A stretch of 59,930 nucleotides of DNA, filler included. It is 7 parts of 7 records of this genome, joined end to end, with 100 filler letters (N's around TTAATTAATTAA, not from the genome) between each part and the next. Parts side by side here need not be neighbours in the genome. Positions count along the whole stretch, not along the records: positions 8,528 to 18,253 come from SRR31156797_28918; positions 18,354 to 29,464 come from SRR31156797_28919; 5 more parts are not named here. The stretch is one strand, 5' to 3'. Numbering within the stretch: the first letter of the stretch is position 1; every line of letters starts with the position of its first letter. A program made the translations under genes and the position numbers. The notes under the pieces are model-generated. The model was not told the origin of the DNA. It saw only the letters and a list, made by a program, of their open reading frames with translations, and did no database searches. Below are positions 8,554-18,706 of the stretch, in pieces.

Positions 8554-9246
8554 ATGAGAGGATTTACCAATAGTTCCGAAATAAGGATGTACGCAGCCTT
8601 TGTGCTGATTCTGCTGCCAACTGCAGCTCTTTGCTATAAAGGAGAGCTGATCCTTGGAACAATAGGCTCCATACCACTAATGGTAATTCTTTTTGCAATG
8701 CTTGCTGGCTCTGTCATTGAGATCCCATTTGCAAAAATACGCTCCAAAAAGCCGGAACAACTTTTTAAGTATGCACCAATTCTCGAAGAGATATACTCAG
8801 TTCCAATCATAGAGGAACTTAACATCGGAAAACAGAGAGTATTTGATACAACACTCACCCTCAACCTTGGGGGGGCAGTCATTCCCTCGCTTGCATTGCT
8901 ATACCTTTTACTAACACAACCAAACAACACTGCTCTGGAGATAATGCTCATAGTCATCCTCGCAGTGACCATGCTAACAGAAATAATAGGAGGGGTCGGG
9001 AGCCTTATCAATGAATATATAGGATTGATAGCACTTCCGTTTGCATTATTAGTTGCCCCCGAAAACGCTGCCACAGTGACATTTATAGCAGGTGTCGGAG
9101 GTATCTTAGTAGGAAACGCCATATCAATTGCAGCATTCAACAAAGAAAGAACAGGGAGTGCCTTTTTAAGCATCGGCGGTGCAGGCAGCTTCAAATCAAT
9201 TTATGTTACAACGATTATTGCCAGCCTGATCTCATACTTCGCCTAA
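8554..9246 (+). CDS. DUF1614-family archaeal membrane protein
   Basis: Multiple hydrophobic helices; TLNLGGAVIP and LSIGGAGSF motifs. Confidence 0.7.
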   Translation: MRGFTNSSEIRMYAAFVLILLPTAALCYKGELILGTIGSIPLMVILFAMLAGSVIEIPFAKIRSKKPEQLFKYAPILEEIYSVPIIEELNIGKQRVFDTTLTLNLGGAVIPSLALLYLLLTQPNNTALEIMLIVILAVTMLTEIIGGVGSLINEYIGLIALPFALLVAPENAATVTFIAGVGGILVGNAISIAAFNKERTGSAFLSIGGAGSFKSIYVTTIIASLISYFA

Positions 9247-10134
9247 ATCACCAAGTCTTTCTGCCCTGCGTTTCTCAATCCTGTCCTGCAATACTTTAGA
9301 AGGAAGATTAAGAGCCCTGTATTTGGCTATGCCACTGTTTGTAAAACGGAATGGCTGAGGCGTATGATCAACACGAGTTGCCCTCATTTTTTGAACTGCC
9401 ATAACCGGCATGGGTGTCGTATCAATGTCATTAGTCTGGATGAAATCCAGGAAAATAACGCCATCACCCAGGAAATCAAAATCATCATACATCTTGGTTT
9501 CAATGCCATGTGACTTCTCAGTTACAAGAACAGCCGTAGTCATGTTCTTCTTTAACAACCTGTGAAGACCACGCCATGCAGCTGATGTACGAAAATCTGC
9601 CGGAGCCGTCAATACATTAAGAGAATCAAAAACAACTCGTTCAGGTTTATGCGAATCGATTATCTCCATCATTTCCTCAGAAGTCAGCATGGAAATACCG
9701 AATATTTCAAGATAACCATCATCAATATACTTTCCTACATCCCAGCCAAACCGTGCAAAATGCTGGACAAGTTGCTGTGCCCTTTCCTCAAATGAGAAAA
9801 AGATGCATCTTTCTCCATTTTTGACGCCTTCAACAAGATATTGCATTGAAAATGTTGTTTTTCCAGTACCAGGAGGACCAGTCACAATGATAGCAAATCC
9901 TTTAGGAAAGCCTCCTTCCAGAAAATCATCCATTCCAGGAATACCCGTAGGGACCCTTTTGATAAGACGATCTATATTCTGAGTGTCAAGTTTGGCTTTA
10001 AAACGTGTTGAATCAAGATTTAAAAGTGCTTTTTCCAAAACAACGTTTTTTGCTCCAAGCTCTTTCTCATATCGTTCAAGAACTTTTATTGCATCTGCAC
10101 TTAATGTAGTATGGATGGGGAACTTGGTTTTCAT
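9232..10134 (-). CDS. KaiC/RecA-superfamily ATPase with a short N-terminal extension
   Basis: RVPTGIPGMDDFLEGG, Walker A GPPGTGKT, FSFEE, RVVFDS and KMRAT. Confidence 0.9.
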   Translation of the reverse strand: MKTKFPIHTTLSADAIKVLERYEKELGAKNVVLEKALLNLDSTRFKAKLDTQNIDRLIKRVPTGIPGMDDFLEGGFPKGFAIIVTGPPGTGKTTFSMQYLVEGVKNGERCIFFSFEERAQQLVQHFARFGWDVGKYIDDGYLEIFGISMLTSEEMMEIIDSHKPERVVFDSLNVLTAPADFRTSAAWRGLHRLLKKNMTTAVLVTEKSHGIETKMYDDFDFLGDGVIFLDFIQTNDIDTTPMPVMAVQKMRATRVDHTPQPFRFTNSGIAKYRALNLPSKVLQDRIEKRRAERLGDLGEV

Positions 10135-10221
10135 CGCACCACCGTGTGTATGTACATACTATGCGATTATATATTTAAAAGGTTATGGTATTATGAACAT
10201 ATACAAAAAACTATGGACACA

Positions 10222-11598
10222 TCATTCTTCCTCATCCTCATTAGAGACCATGCCCCTGCCAGGAAGGAAATTCCCACGCCCGCGGGAAGCCATAATTTCA
10301 CCATCCCATACTATTTCACCTCTTGCAATAGTATACTCCGGGAAAATACCATCCATACCTTCATATGGTGTCCATCCGGCCTTGCTGTGAAGATTATCGC
10401 CCTTTATCTCCTGGACATTTGCAGGATCCACTATTATTAGATCCGCATCTGAGCCTTCAGCAAACGTGCCCTTAGAGAAACGACCAAGGCCAAATATCCT
10501 CGCAGGATTCCTGCTGGTCACATCAATCATGCGACCCAGGGGAAGAAGATTCCTTTTTACAGCAACCATCATGAGAGGCATTAATGTTTCAACACCAGGA
10601 ACTCCCGAAGGTGCACTCTTGATATCAGTGTCTTTTTCAGCCTCCGTGTGCGGAGCATGATCCGAAGCTACAACGTCAATAGTACCGTCATTCAATGAAT
10701 TCAAAAGCATTTTAACACTCCTGCGATCGCGCAGAGGAGGGTTCATCCTGCCATACGTGCCCAAATGATCCCAGTCCTTTGTAGAAAGGAACAGATGATG
10801 CGGAGCAGCCTCACTGGTTATTGTAGGAGCAATGCCATTTTTAGAATCCAGATACCGCTCCTTGCGCAGAAGTCCAACTGATTCAAGGGCACTTATGTGA
10901 CAGAAATGGGCCTTTGTTTCATTTTTTCTTATGAGCTTAATTGCTTTTTCAACGGCAAGTGCCTCGCAATAATTAGGACGTGCCTTTGAGTGAGATCCAG
11001 GAGACATGTCGTTTTTCAGATAAGCCTCACATTCAAGCCTGATCTTATCATCTTCAGCATGAATACATGGTAGTGCATCAAGCTGTTTGAGCACTGCCAG
11101 GGCATCATCAAGGCATTTTTCATCAATATTTAATGCACCTGTTGACTCTGCCATGAATATCTCACCAAAAGCAGTGGCCCCGTTTTCCCAGAGTTCAGGA
11201 AGCTTTTCAATGTTACCTGTGACTCCCCCATACAAACCAAAGTCAACAATGGAATTCCGATTTGCTATTTTCATCTTATCCTTGAAGGATTTACGATCAA
11301 TAGTCGGAGGGAGAGTATTGGGATGATCAATAACTGTAGTAATCCCGCCTGCGGCAGCTGAACAGGAACCAGTAAACCAGTCTTCCTTCTGGATCATGCC
11401 CGGATCCCTAAAATGGACATGAACATCAATACCTGCGGGGAGTGTAAGGGCTCCTTTGGCATTAATTACGTGATTCAGCCTCTGAGCATCGATTTCTTTT
11501 GCAATCCTGGAAATCTTTCCGTTGTCTATCAGGACTTCAGCAGATTGCAGGTAATTGTTAACAAAGACTTTTGTGTTCTTGATCAGAATATCAGGCAT
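10222..11598 (-). CDS. pyrC: Dihydroorotase
   Basis: DVHVHFRDPG, HPNT, HAED, HFCHIS, NPPLR and SDHAPH amidohydrolase motifs. Confidence 0.9.
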   Translation of the reverse strand: MPDILIKNTKVFVNNYLQSAEVLIDNGKISRIAKEIDAQRLNHVINAKGALTLPAGIDVHVHFRDPGMIQKEDWFTGSCSAAAGGITTVIDHPNTLPPTIDRKSFKDKMKIANRNSIVDFGLYGGVTGNIEKLPELWENGATAFGEIFMAESTGALNIDEKCLDDALAVLKQLDALPCIHAEDDKIRLECEAYLKNDMSPGSHSKARPNYCEALAVEKAIKLIRKNETKAHFCHISALESVGLLRKERYLDSKNGIAPTITSEAAPHHLFLSTKDWDHLGTYGRMNPPLRDRRSVKMLLNSLNDGTIDVVASDHAPHTEAEKDTDIKSAPSGVPGVETLMPLMMVAVKRNLLPLGRMIDVTSRNPARIFGLGRFSKGTFAEGSDADLIIVDPANVQEIKGDNLHSKAGWTPYEGMDGIFPEYTIARGEIVWDGEIMASRGRGNFLPGRGMVSNEDEEE

Positions 11599-11669
11599 AG
11601 AGAGTAATATCCCAGTAAAAGTATATGCATTTTATGATAAAGTCGCCAGCGCCACACCCCCCAGATAAA

Positions 11670-11707
11670 CTATATAGAAACATAGCTGCTATATAGAGAA
11701 CATAGCT
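11670..11707. promoter_or_regulatory. Tandem direct repeat CTATATAG(A/AG)AACATAGCT upstream of pstS; putative phosphate-regulon operator
   Basis: CTATATAGAAACATAGCT at 11670-11687 and CTATATAGAGAACATAGCT at 11689-11707; each holds the palindrome CTATATAG. Confidence 0.55.
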
Positions 11708-11814
11708 CACAATAGAAAATATACGAGTATATATTGTAAGGAGGTAAGCCTTATGTATCGATTTTGTTATGGTTCAGTGACTATTAATTGACCCACAAAA
11801 ATGGTGAACCACTT

Positions 11815-12735
11815 ATGATATCAGGAAATATATTGAAGAATATTACAACAGTTTTTGTTGTACTATTAATTATTGCAACCGCATTCGTTGGAATCGGTTG
11901 TGTTGACAATGAAGGTACAGATGAAGCTGCTGAAAAGACCGGAGACGCTCACACAGAAGATGCTGCAGAAGAAGAAAGTATCATGATCAAAGGATCAGAC
12001 ACAGTACTTCCACTTTCACAGGCAGAATCCGAAGAATTCATGTATGCAAACCCTGACAAAGCTATCACAGTAATCGGCGGAGGATCAGGAGTAGGCATTG
12101 CTGCACTCATCGATGGTGAAGTTGATATTGCAATGGCTTCAAGAGGAATCAAAGATTCAGAAAAGGAAAATGCAGAAGCAAACGGCATTAACCCTGTAGA
12201 ACACACAATTGCATGGGATGGAATTGCAGTAGTTGTAAACCCTGAAAACCCTGTAACAGAAATCTCATTTGAAGACCTTAAGGGCATCTATGACGGAAGC
12301 ATCAGCAACTGGGCAGACGTCGGTGGAGAAGACCTTACAATCACAGTAATTACCCGTGACAGCAGCTCAGGAACATACGGATACTTCCAGGAAGAAGTCC
12401 TCCTTGACGAAGAATATCGCCAGGATGCACTTGTCCAGCCAGCAACCGGTGCTATTGTTCAGGAAATTTCCCAGAACGCAGGAGCAATCGGATACATAGG
12501 TTATGCATACCTTGATGACAGCACAATGGCACTTTCACTTGATGCAGATGGTGAAGGAGCAATTGCAGCTACACCAGAAAACATCATAGCAGGTACATAC
12601 CCACTTGCAAGACCACTCTACTACTACACAGACGGTGAAGCAACAGGACTTGCAAAGGAATTCCTTGACTATGTCATGAGCTCAACCGGACAGGACATTG
12701 TTTCAGATGTCGGTTACTTCCCAGCAAGCAACTAA
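11815..12735 (+). CDS. pstS: Phosphate ABC transporter substrate-binding lipoprotein
   Basis: KGSDTV, GGGSGVG, RDSSSGT and YPLARPL; lipobox GIGC; ATG at 11815 follows a GGTGA RBS (the track start at 11788 is probably too long). Confidence 0.95.
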   Translation: MISGNILKNITTVFVVLLIIATAFVGIGCVDNEGTDEAAEKTGDAHTEDAAEEESIMIKGSDTVLPLSQAESEEFMYANPDKAITVIGGGSGVGIAALIDGEVDIAMASRGIKDSEKENAEANGINPVEHTIAWDGIAVVVNPENPVTEISFEDLKGIYDGSISNWADVGGEDLTITVITRDSSSGTYGYFQEEVLLDEEYRQDALVQPATGAIVQEISQNAGAIGYIGYAYLDDSTMALSLDADGEGAIAATPENIIAGTYPLARPLYYYTDGEATGLAKEFLDYVMSSTGQDIVSDVGYFPASN

Positions 12736-12759
12736 ATATTCTAGACATCAGAGGAATAG

Positions 12760-13647
12760 ATGTTAAACAGATACCTTAAGGAAAAGGGCATAGAGTCGCT
12801 CCTGTTTGCCTCTGGAGCAGTGGCTGTTATAGCCCTTTTCCTTCTTTGTATTTTTTTATTCCGCGACGGGATATTACTATTTGAAAATTATTCAATTATT
12901 GATTTCTTAACTGATACTAGCTGGTACCCAACATCAGAACCAGAACATTTCGGCCTTTTACCATTATTCTTTGGATCTTTAATCGTAACTGTTGGGGCAA
13001 TACTGTTCTCCGTCCCCCTTGGATTGGCAGCAGCAATATACATATCAGAACTTGCAGATCCAAAAGTAGCTGGTTTTCTCAAACCAGTCACTGAAATTCT
13101 TGCCGGGATCCCTTCTGTAGTATATGGCTTCTTTGGCCTCGTCGTACTTGTTCCACTTGTACAGAAAACACTTGGCATACCTACCGGCCAGACAGCACTT
13201 ACTGGTTCTATAATGCTTGGAATTATGGCATTGCCAACAATTATATCAATATCTGAAGATGCCATCAGTTCAGTTCCAAGAGCAATTAAAGAAGGATCAC
13301 TTGCACTGGGCTCTACACGATGGCAGACTATATATAAAGTAACAATTCCTGCAGCACTCTCAGGCATATCAGCAGCCGTGATGCTCGGAATTGGAAGAGC
13401 CATTGGCGAGACCATGACGGTCATGATGGTCACAGGAAACTCAGCTGTAATCCCAGGATTCCCCTCTGGCTTGTTTGCACCTGTGAGAACCATGACAGCT
13501 ACAATTGCCCTGGAGATGGGCGAAGTCCCACAGGGAAGCGACCACTTCCACGCGCTTTTTGCAATAGGTTCCGTACTTTTTATTACTACATTTATAATCA
13601 ATATCATAGCCAACTACATTAAAAGGAGATATAGGTTCGACCTGTGA
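12760..13647 (+). CDS. pstC: Phosphate ABC transporter permease
   Basis: LAGIPSVVYG and GRAIGETM; operon position. Confidence 0.95.
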   Translation: MLNRYLKEKGIESLLFASGAVAVIALFLLCIFLFRDGILLFENYSIIDFLTDTSWYPTSEPEHFGLLPLFFGSLIVTVGAILFSVPLGLAAAIYISELADPKVAGFLKPVTEILAGIPSVVYGFFGLVVLVPLVQKTLGIPTGQTALTGSIMLGIMALPTIISISEDAISSVPRAIKEGSLALGSTRWQTIYKVTIPAALSGISAAVMLGIGRAIGETMTVMMVTGNSAVIPGFPSGLFAPVRTMTATIALEMGEVPQGSDHFHALFAIGSVLFITTFIINIIANYIKRRYRFDL

Positions 13648-14510
13648 TAACCATGTTTTCCAATGCAAAACTCAATGAAAAAATAGCATTTGGGCTATTA
13701 AAAATCGCGACGGGAATGGTTGTTGCCTTTGTATTAGTAATTCTGTATTACATAGTATCCAATGGATTCAGCGCCCTGAGCATTGAATTCATAACCGAGA
13801 TGCCGCGAAACAGGATGACAGAGGGAGGAATATATCCCGCCATTGTCGGTACAACATACCTCATAATAGGTTCAATGGCTGTTGCCCTGCCACTGGGAAT
13901 GCTGGCTGCAATTTACCTGACAGAATACTCAAAACCAGGAAAGATGACCTGGGCAATCGAGATGGCAATTAGTAACCTTGCAGGTACCCCATCCGTTGTT
14001 TTCGGACTGTTCGGTCTTGCAATGTTTGTCAAGTATCTTGGTTTTGGACCTTCCGTCCTTTCTGCATCTTTAACACTTGCACTGCTTATATTGCCAGTAA
14101 TCATAAGAGCGAGCCAGGAAGCACTCCTTACAGTACCAAAGGAATACAGGGAAGCATCACTTGCACTGGGAGTTACCAAGTGGGAAACAATCAGGAGAGT
14201 AGTCCTCCCTGCTGCAATACCCGGAATGATAACCGGTGCTATACTTAGTATAGGAAGAGTTGCAGGAGAGACTGCACCGATATTGCTTACAGGAGCTGCC
14301 TACTTCCTTCCAAGACTCCCGGATTCAGTATACTCACAATTCATGGCACTGCCATACCACCTCTACGTACTTGCTACCTCAGGTACCAGCATTGCCCAGA
14401 CAAGACCCATACAATATGGTACAGCACTGATTTTGCTTACAATAGTACTGTGTGTAAATGTTGTCGCAGTAAGCTTAAGATCACACTATAGAAAGAAACT
14501 CAAAAGATGA
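13644..14510 (+). CDS. pstA: Phosphate ABC transporter permease
   Basis: NLAGTPSVVFGLFG, EASLALG and GRVAGETAP. Confidence 0.95.
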   Translation: MITMFSNAKLNEKIAFGLLKIATGMVVAFVLVILYYIVSNGFSALSIEFITEMPRNRMTEGGIYPAIVGTTYLIIGSMAVALPLGMLAAIYLTEYSKPGKMTWAIEMAISNLAGTPSVVFGLFGLAMFVKYLGFGPSVLSASLTLALLILPVIIRASQEALLTVPKEYREASLALGVTKWETIRRVVLPAAIPGMITGAILSIGRVAGETAPILLTGAAYFLPRLPDSVYSQFMALPYHLYVLATSGTSIAQTRPIQYGTALILLTIVLCVNVVAVSLRSHYRKKLKR

Positions 14511-14552
14511 CCATATCAAATCCCAATTCAAGATCAGACACGAGGATAACAT

Positions 14553-15323
14553 ATGCCAGAAAACTACGAAAATGGTACCGAAATAGAGGTTAAGGACCTT
14601 AATCTCTGGTACGGAGACAACCATGCCCTCCACGACATATCAATAGACATTCCAAAAAACAGTGTCACAGCATTCATAGGCCCCTCAGGATGTGGAAAGT
14701 CTACATTCCTCAGATGCCTTAACAGGATGAACGACCTGATTCCAACCTGTAAGATAGAAGGTCATGTCAATATCAGCGGAGAGGACATATATTCTAAGGA
14801 AACTGATGTTGTAGACCTTAGAAAAAAGGTAGGAATGGTATTCCAGAAACCAAACCCATTCCCAATGTCCATATTTGACAATATATCATATGGACCCCGC
14901 ATTCATGGCATGAGCAAGAAAGAAATGCCAGGAATTGTCGAAAAAGCATTGCATTCCGGAGCACTCTGGGCAGAGGTCTCCGACAGACTTGATGTTTCTG
15001 CCCTGGACCTTAGTGGCGGTCAACAACAAAGGTTGTGTATCGCAAGAACACTTGCAGTAAAACCTGAAGTAATACTATTTGACGAGCCCTGCAGTGCACT
15101 GGATCCTATATCCACAAGTAAGATCGAAGATCTTATAATGGAACTCAAGAAAGATTATACAATTGTTATTGTTACACATAATATGCAACAAGCTGCCAGG
15201 ATATCTGACTATACAGCTTTCTTCCTGCTGGGAGACCTTATTGAGTTCGGAAAGACGAACCAGATATTTGAAAACCCACAGGAGAAAGAAACAGAGGATT
15301 ATATTACCGGCAGATTCGGGTGA
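14553..15323 (+). CDS. pstB: Phosphate ABC transporter ATPase
   Basis: [31 protein letters not shown] and YITGRFG. Confidence 0.97.
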   Translation: MPENYENGTEIEVKDLNLWYGDNHALHDISIDIPKNSVTAFIGPSGCGKSTFLRCLNRMNDLIPTCKIEGHVNISGEDIYSKETDVVDLRKKVGMVFQKPNPFPMSIFDNISYGPRIHGMSKKEMPGIVEKALHSGALWAEVSDRLDVSALDLSGGQQQRLCIARTLAVKPEVILFDEPCSALDPISTSKIEDLIMELKKDYTIVIVTHNMQQAARISDYTAFFLLGDLIEFGKTNQIFENPQEKETEDYITGRFG

Positions 15324-15329
15324 AGTTAA

Positions 15330-15980
15330 ATGGCAAGGGATCAATTCCAGCAAAATCTGGAAACGCTTAAAGAATTCGTTATTGAAATGGGAAAATTATC
15401 CCATAACGCAATTGTTGACTCAATGCAGGTCCTCAGATCGCAAGATGCCGAGCTTGCAGAGAAGATATACCAGGGTGACGAGAAAATCGATGAGTATGAA
15501 CTGAAAATCGAGAAATGTGCCACGCAACTTATTGCACGGCAGAATCCAACTGCAGGAGATATGAGACTTGTTATATCCTGCTTTAAGATAGCAATTGATC
15601 TTGAGAGAATGAGTGACCTTGCTGTTGACATCGCCAATGTTGCCAAATGCATGGAAGGAAAGGATAATGAACCTATTGATAACATACTCAAAATGGCAGA
15701 GCTTTGCGATGAGATGTTGCAGCAGTCTATCAAAGCCTTCGCGACATTGAATAGAAAACTGGCACATGATACAGCACTGAAGGACGATGAAATTGACAAA
15801 CTCTTTTACGGAACACAAAATCGCCTTATTGAAATGATGATAGAGGACAAGGCAGTTATCAGCGATGCATCACACCTTCTGCTGGTACTTCGCTACCTCG
15901 AAAGATGCGGCGATCACGCATGTAATATATGTGAAAGTATCGTTTACATGGCAGCAGGCCAGAGAGTTAATCTCAATTGA
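15330..15980 (+). CDS. phoU: Phosphate signalling protein PhoU
   Basis: DLERMSD and LERCGDHACNICE repeats. Confidence 0.95.
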   Translation: MARDQFQQNLETLKEFVIEMGKLSHNAIVDSMQVLRSQDAELAEKIYQGDEKIDEYELKIEKCATQLIARQNPTAGDMRLVISCFKIAIDLERMSDLAVDIANVAKCMEGKDNEPIDNILKMAELCDEMLQQSIKAFATLNRKLAHDTALKDDEIDKLFYGTQNRLIEMMIEDKAVISDASHLLLVLRYLERCGDHACNICESIVYMAAGQRVNLN

Positions 15981-16016
15981 TTTCCGGGCATCTAATAACA
16001 GGACAGTATTCCTGCG

Positions 16017-16052
16017 ACCTCTCTAAAAAGGAGGTAAAACTTTTTCTTTTTT
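16017..16052 (+). terminator. Hairpin + T-tract terminator after pstSCAB-phoU
   Basis: ACCTC...GAGGT stem followed by TTTTTCTTTTTT. Confidence 0.55.
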
Positions 16053-16156
16053 GAAGTTTTAGAAGCCATCACAGCCTTTGTGCTGAATGCAAAAATAACT
16101 CGCCAATGCGTTTTCAAAAAAAGCACATCTGACATACCACCAACATAAATATATAC

Positions 16157-16176
16157 AATATATAGCACTATATATT
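16157..16176. promoter_or_regulatory. Inverted repeat AATATATAG-ca-CTATATATT upstream of the second phoU; putative operator
   Basis: Perfect 9-bp arms; shares the TATATAG half-site with the pstS upstream repeat. Confidence 0.5.
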
Positions 16177-16348
16177 ATATGTATATGTGCCTGGCTGCTT
16201 TTAGGAATGAACATACATAATTATCATATGAAACGCTCCACTGACCAGAGCTAAAATTTCCAGCCTACAACACGATTAACAATATTCAGCGCATACCTGA
16301 AACTATACAACACTACTGAATGATAATAACAATAAGAGTTGGTTCAAA

Positions 16349-16999
16349 ATGACACGTACAAAATACCATGAAACCCTGGATATCCTTAGAAATGATATCA
16401 CAGACATGGGAAAACTGGCAAATGAAGCCATAAACAACTCCATTATAGCTCTAAAAGAGATTGACAAAGATCTTGCAAAAACTATTATTGATGGCGATGA
16501 GGCAATTGATGACTATGAGATGAAAATCGAGAAATCAATTTCCCGGATCATAGCGCTTCAAAGTCCTACTGCAAAGGACATGAGACTTGTCACAGCATGC
16601 CTTAAAATAGCAATTGATATTGAAAGGATGAGTGACCTTGCAGTAAATATCGCAGAAATAGCATTGAACATGGAAGGAGACCATGTAAAACCCCTTGTGG
16701 ACATACCCATAATGGCAGAAACAGCCAACGGTATGCTCGAGCAGGCAATAGAGGCTTTTACAAACAATGATGCTAAACTGGCAGAAGCAACCGCAAAGAT
16801 AGATGATAAAGTTGACAGTTCTTTCTATACAATAGAAAAAGAACTAATTGAGATGATGATAGAGGATGACAGCATAATAACCAATGCATCACATCTTTTG
16901 TTTGTACTACGCTATATTGAGAGAATAGGCGACCATGCCTGCAATATATGTGAAAGCATAGTGTACATCGTTGAAGGCCAGAGAGAAGACCTCAACTGA
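16349..16999 (+). CDS. phoU: Second PhoU paralogue
   Basis: DIERMSD and IERIGDHACNICE; colinear with 15330-15980. Confidence 0.95.
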   Translation: MTRTKYHETLDILRNDITDMGKLANEAINNSIIALKEIDKDLAKTIIDGDEAIDDYEMKIEKSISRIIALQSPTAKDMRLVTACLKIAIDIERMSDLAVNIAEIALNMEGDHVKPLVDIPIMAETANGMLEQAIEAFTNNDAKLAEATAKIDDKVDSSFYTIEKELIEMMIEDDSIITNASHLLFVLRYIERIGDHACNICESIVYIVEGQREDLN

Positions 17000-17028
17000 C
17001 CTTAAGAATATTATTGCATAAGACCCGG

Positions 17029-18253
17029 CTAAAAGTCAAACAATGAGCTCTGGGATTTTTTATCACCAGATGTTTGCTGTGGCTGGGATTTTACATCTGT
17101 TTCCTTTTTCTTGAAGCTATTTACAGGAGATTCCTGAGGTTTGTCCGAGAAATCAAACAGACCTTTCTGTTTTGAGTCATAGTCAAGGTTTGCTATATCT
17201 ACCCCAAACACACCCAGTATTCGTTCCACAGGAGGCAATAACTGTTTCTTGACATAATAATCTACATCAATAGTAAGATTATTCTCCTTGACATATTCAG
17301 GGTCTTCAGCCCTGTTGACGAACATATCTTTGCCTGCTATGATCACAAAGGGTATGCGTTCCCCCACAGGCGGAGGAGAACCGGTCCTGCGCTCTATCTT
17401 CTCAGCTACGGTTAGATGTGGCTGTTTATTCTTGTAACTGGAAGCTTTTTTAGAGAACATACGTGTCATGGTCAGATCTTCAATGATGTCAGAATCTTTC
17501 TTCACATCAAGATTTCTCACACCATCTACAACACTTCGCACATGCTGGACCGCACCCTCAACATCGCCTTCCTTAAGTACCATTTTAAGAATCCTGTTGA
17601 GAGTCTTAGAAGTCATTTCACACCAGTCTCTACGAACTGTTTCCATGCCCTTAACCTTTATACCATCCTTCCAACCGTCACCTGATGGCTCAAAGACCCA
17701 TATAGCATAACGCTTCTTGGCAATGAACAGGGCACGCTTTGCAATTGACTCGAACTCCAGCTCCATTGGGTCAGGAAGTGAGTCTGAAACAGTTGCCGCA
17801 ATCCTGCTGCCTACAAGACCTGCATCATCGAGAGATATTTCTTTTTTAGAACTGCACTGGACAAACACACTGTCCGTATCACCATAGACCACTGAAAGAG
17901 AGACTATGTTGTCATCAGGATTTATTGAAGAAAGCTCCTCTGTGAAATATGCCTTGTCATCTCTCAAGATGACCTTACTAATAGTGCCGTTTATAAGAGA
18001 GCGTGTGTTCAGGATATTGTTCCTTCCAAAACTGGTTACAGCATTAGCAAGAGCCATGCTGTACAACCTTGCCCTTGTGTATCCTGAATAACCATAGAAA
18101 CTGTTCAGCAATATTTTCAGGGCAAGCTGAGTGGCATCAAGTACACGATACTCGGAGTCATTTGATGCATTTTTCATCTTTTGCTTGGTTTCCACCCTTC
18201 TCTGTAACAAGCTTTCAAGAATTGATGGCATTATTCCTTTGGAAACTTCAGCA
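17029..18253 (-). CDS. polB: Family B DNA polymerase, C-terminal part (5' end truncated by contig edge)
   Basis: QLALKILLNSFYGY, YGDTDS, KKRYA and KGMETVRRDW. Confidence 0.95.
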
Positions 18254-18353
18254 NNNNNNNNNNNNNNNNNNNNNNNNNNNNNNNNNNNNNNNNNNNNTTA
18301 ATTAATTAANNNNNNNNNNNNNNNNNNNNNNNNNNNNNNNNNNNNNNNNNNNN
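18254..18353. other. Artificial contig spacer
   Basis: N run with TTAATTAATTAA. Confidence 0.99.
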
Positions 18354-18692
18354 TTCCATCATCATGGCCACCAGGTTTTTTCCGATGTCGTGAAGGTCTC
18401 CCTTTACGGTTCCGATGATCACGGAGCCGCCCGATGCGCCTTCACCCTCTCCCAGCATGGGTTTTAAAATAGTCACACAGGCGCCCATGGCCTGGGCTGC
18501 CATAAGGACTTCCGGGATGAACATATCACCGGATTCCATTTTTTCACCGACAATATCCATGCCTGCGATGAGGCCGTTATTCAGGATCTCATTGGCGGGT
18601 GTATCTTCCGCCAGGGCGGCGTTTACCAGTCCATTCAGTTTCTCTGCGTCACAGGACACCAAGGCGTCGGTCATTGCGTTAAAATCTGTCAT
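18354..18692 (-). CDS. Corrinoid (B12-binding) methyl-carrier protein, MttC/MtgC-like (3' end truncated)
   Basis: MFIPEVLMAA cap domain and GTVKGDLHDIGKNLV (DxHxxG). Confidence 0.92.
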
Positions 18693-18706
18693 TTTTTTCT
18701 CTTTCT

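Noticed and set aside
17880-18000. Insertion before YGDTDS in PolB as a possible intein
   Set aside because: Only about 25 aa, with no Cys/Ser start or His-Asn end; more likely a lineage-specific loop.
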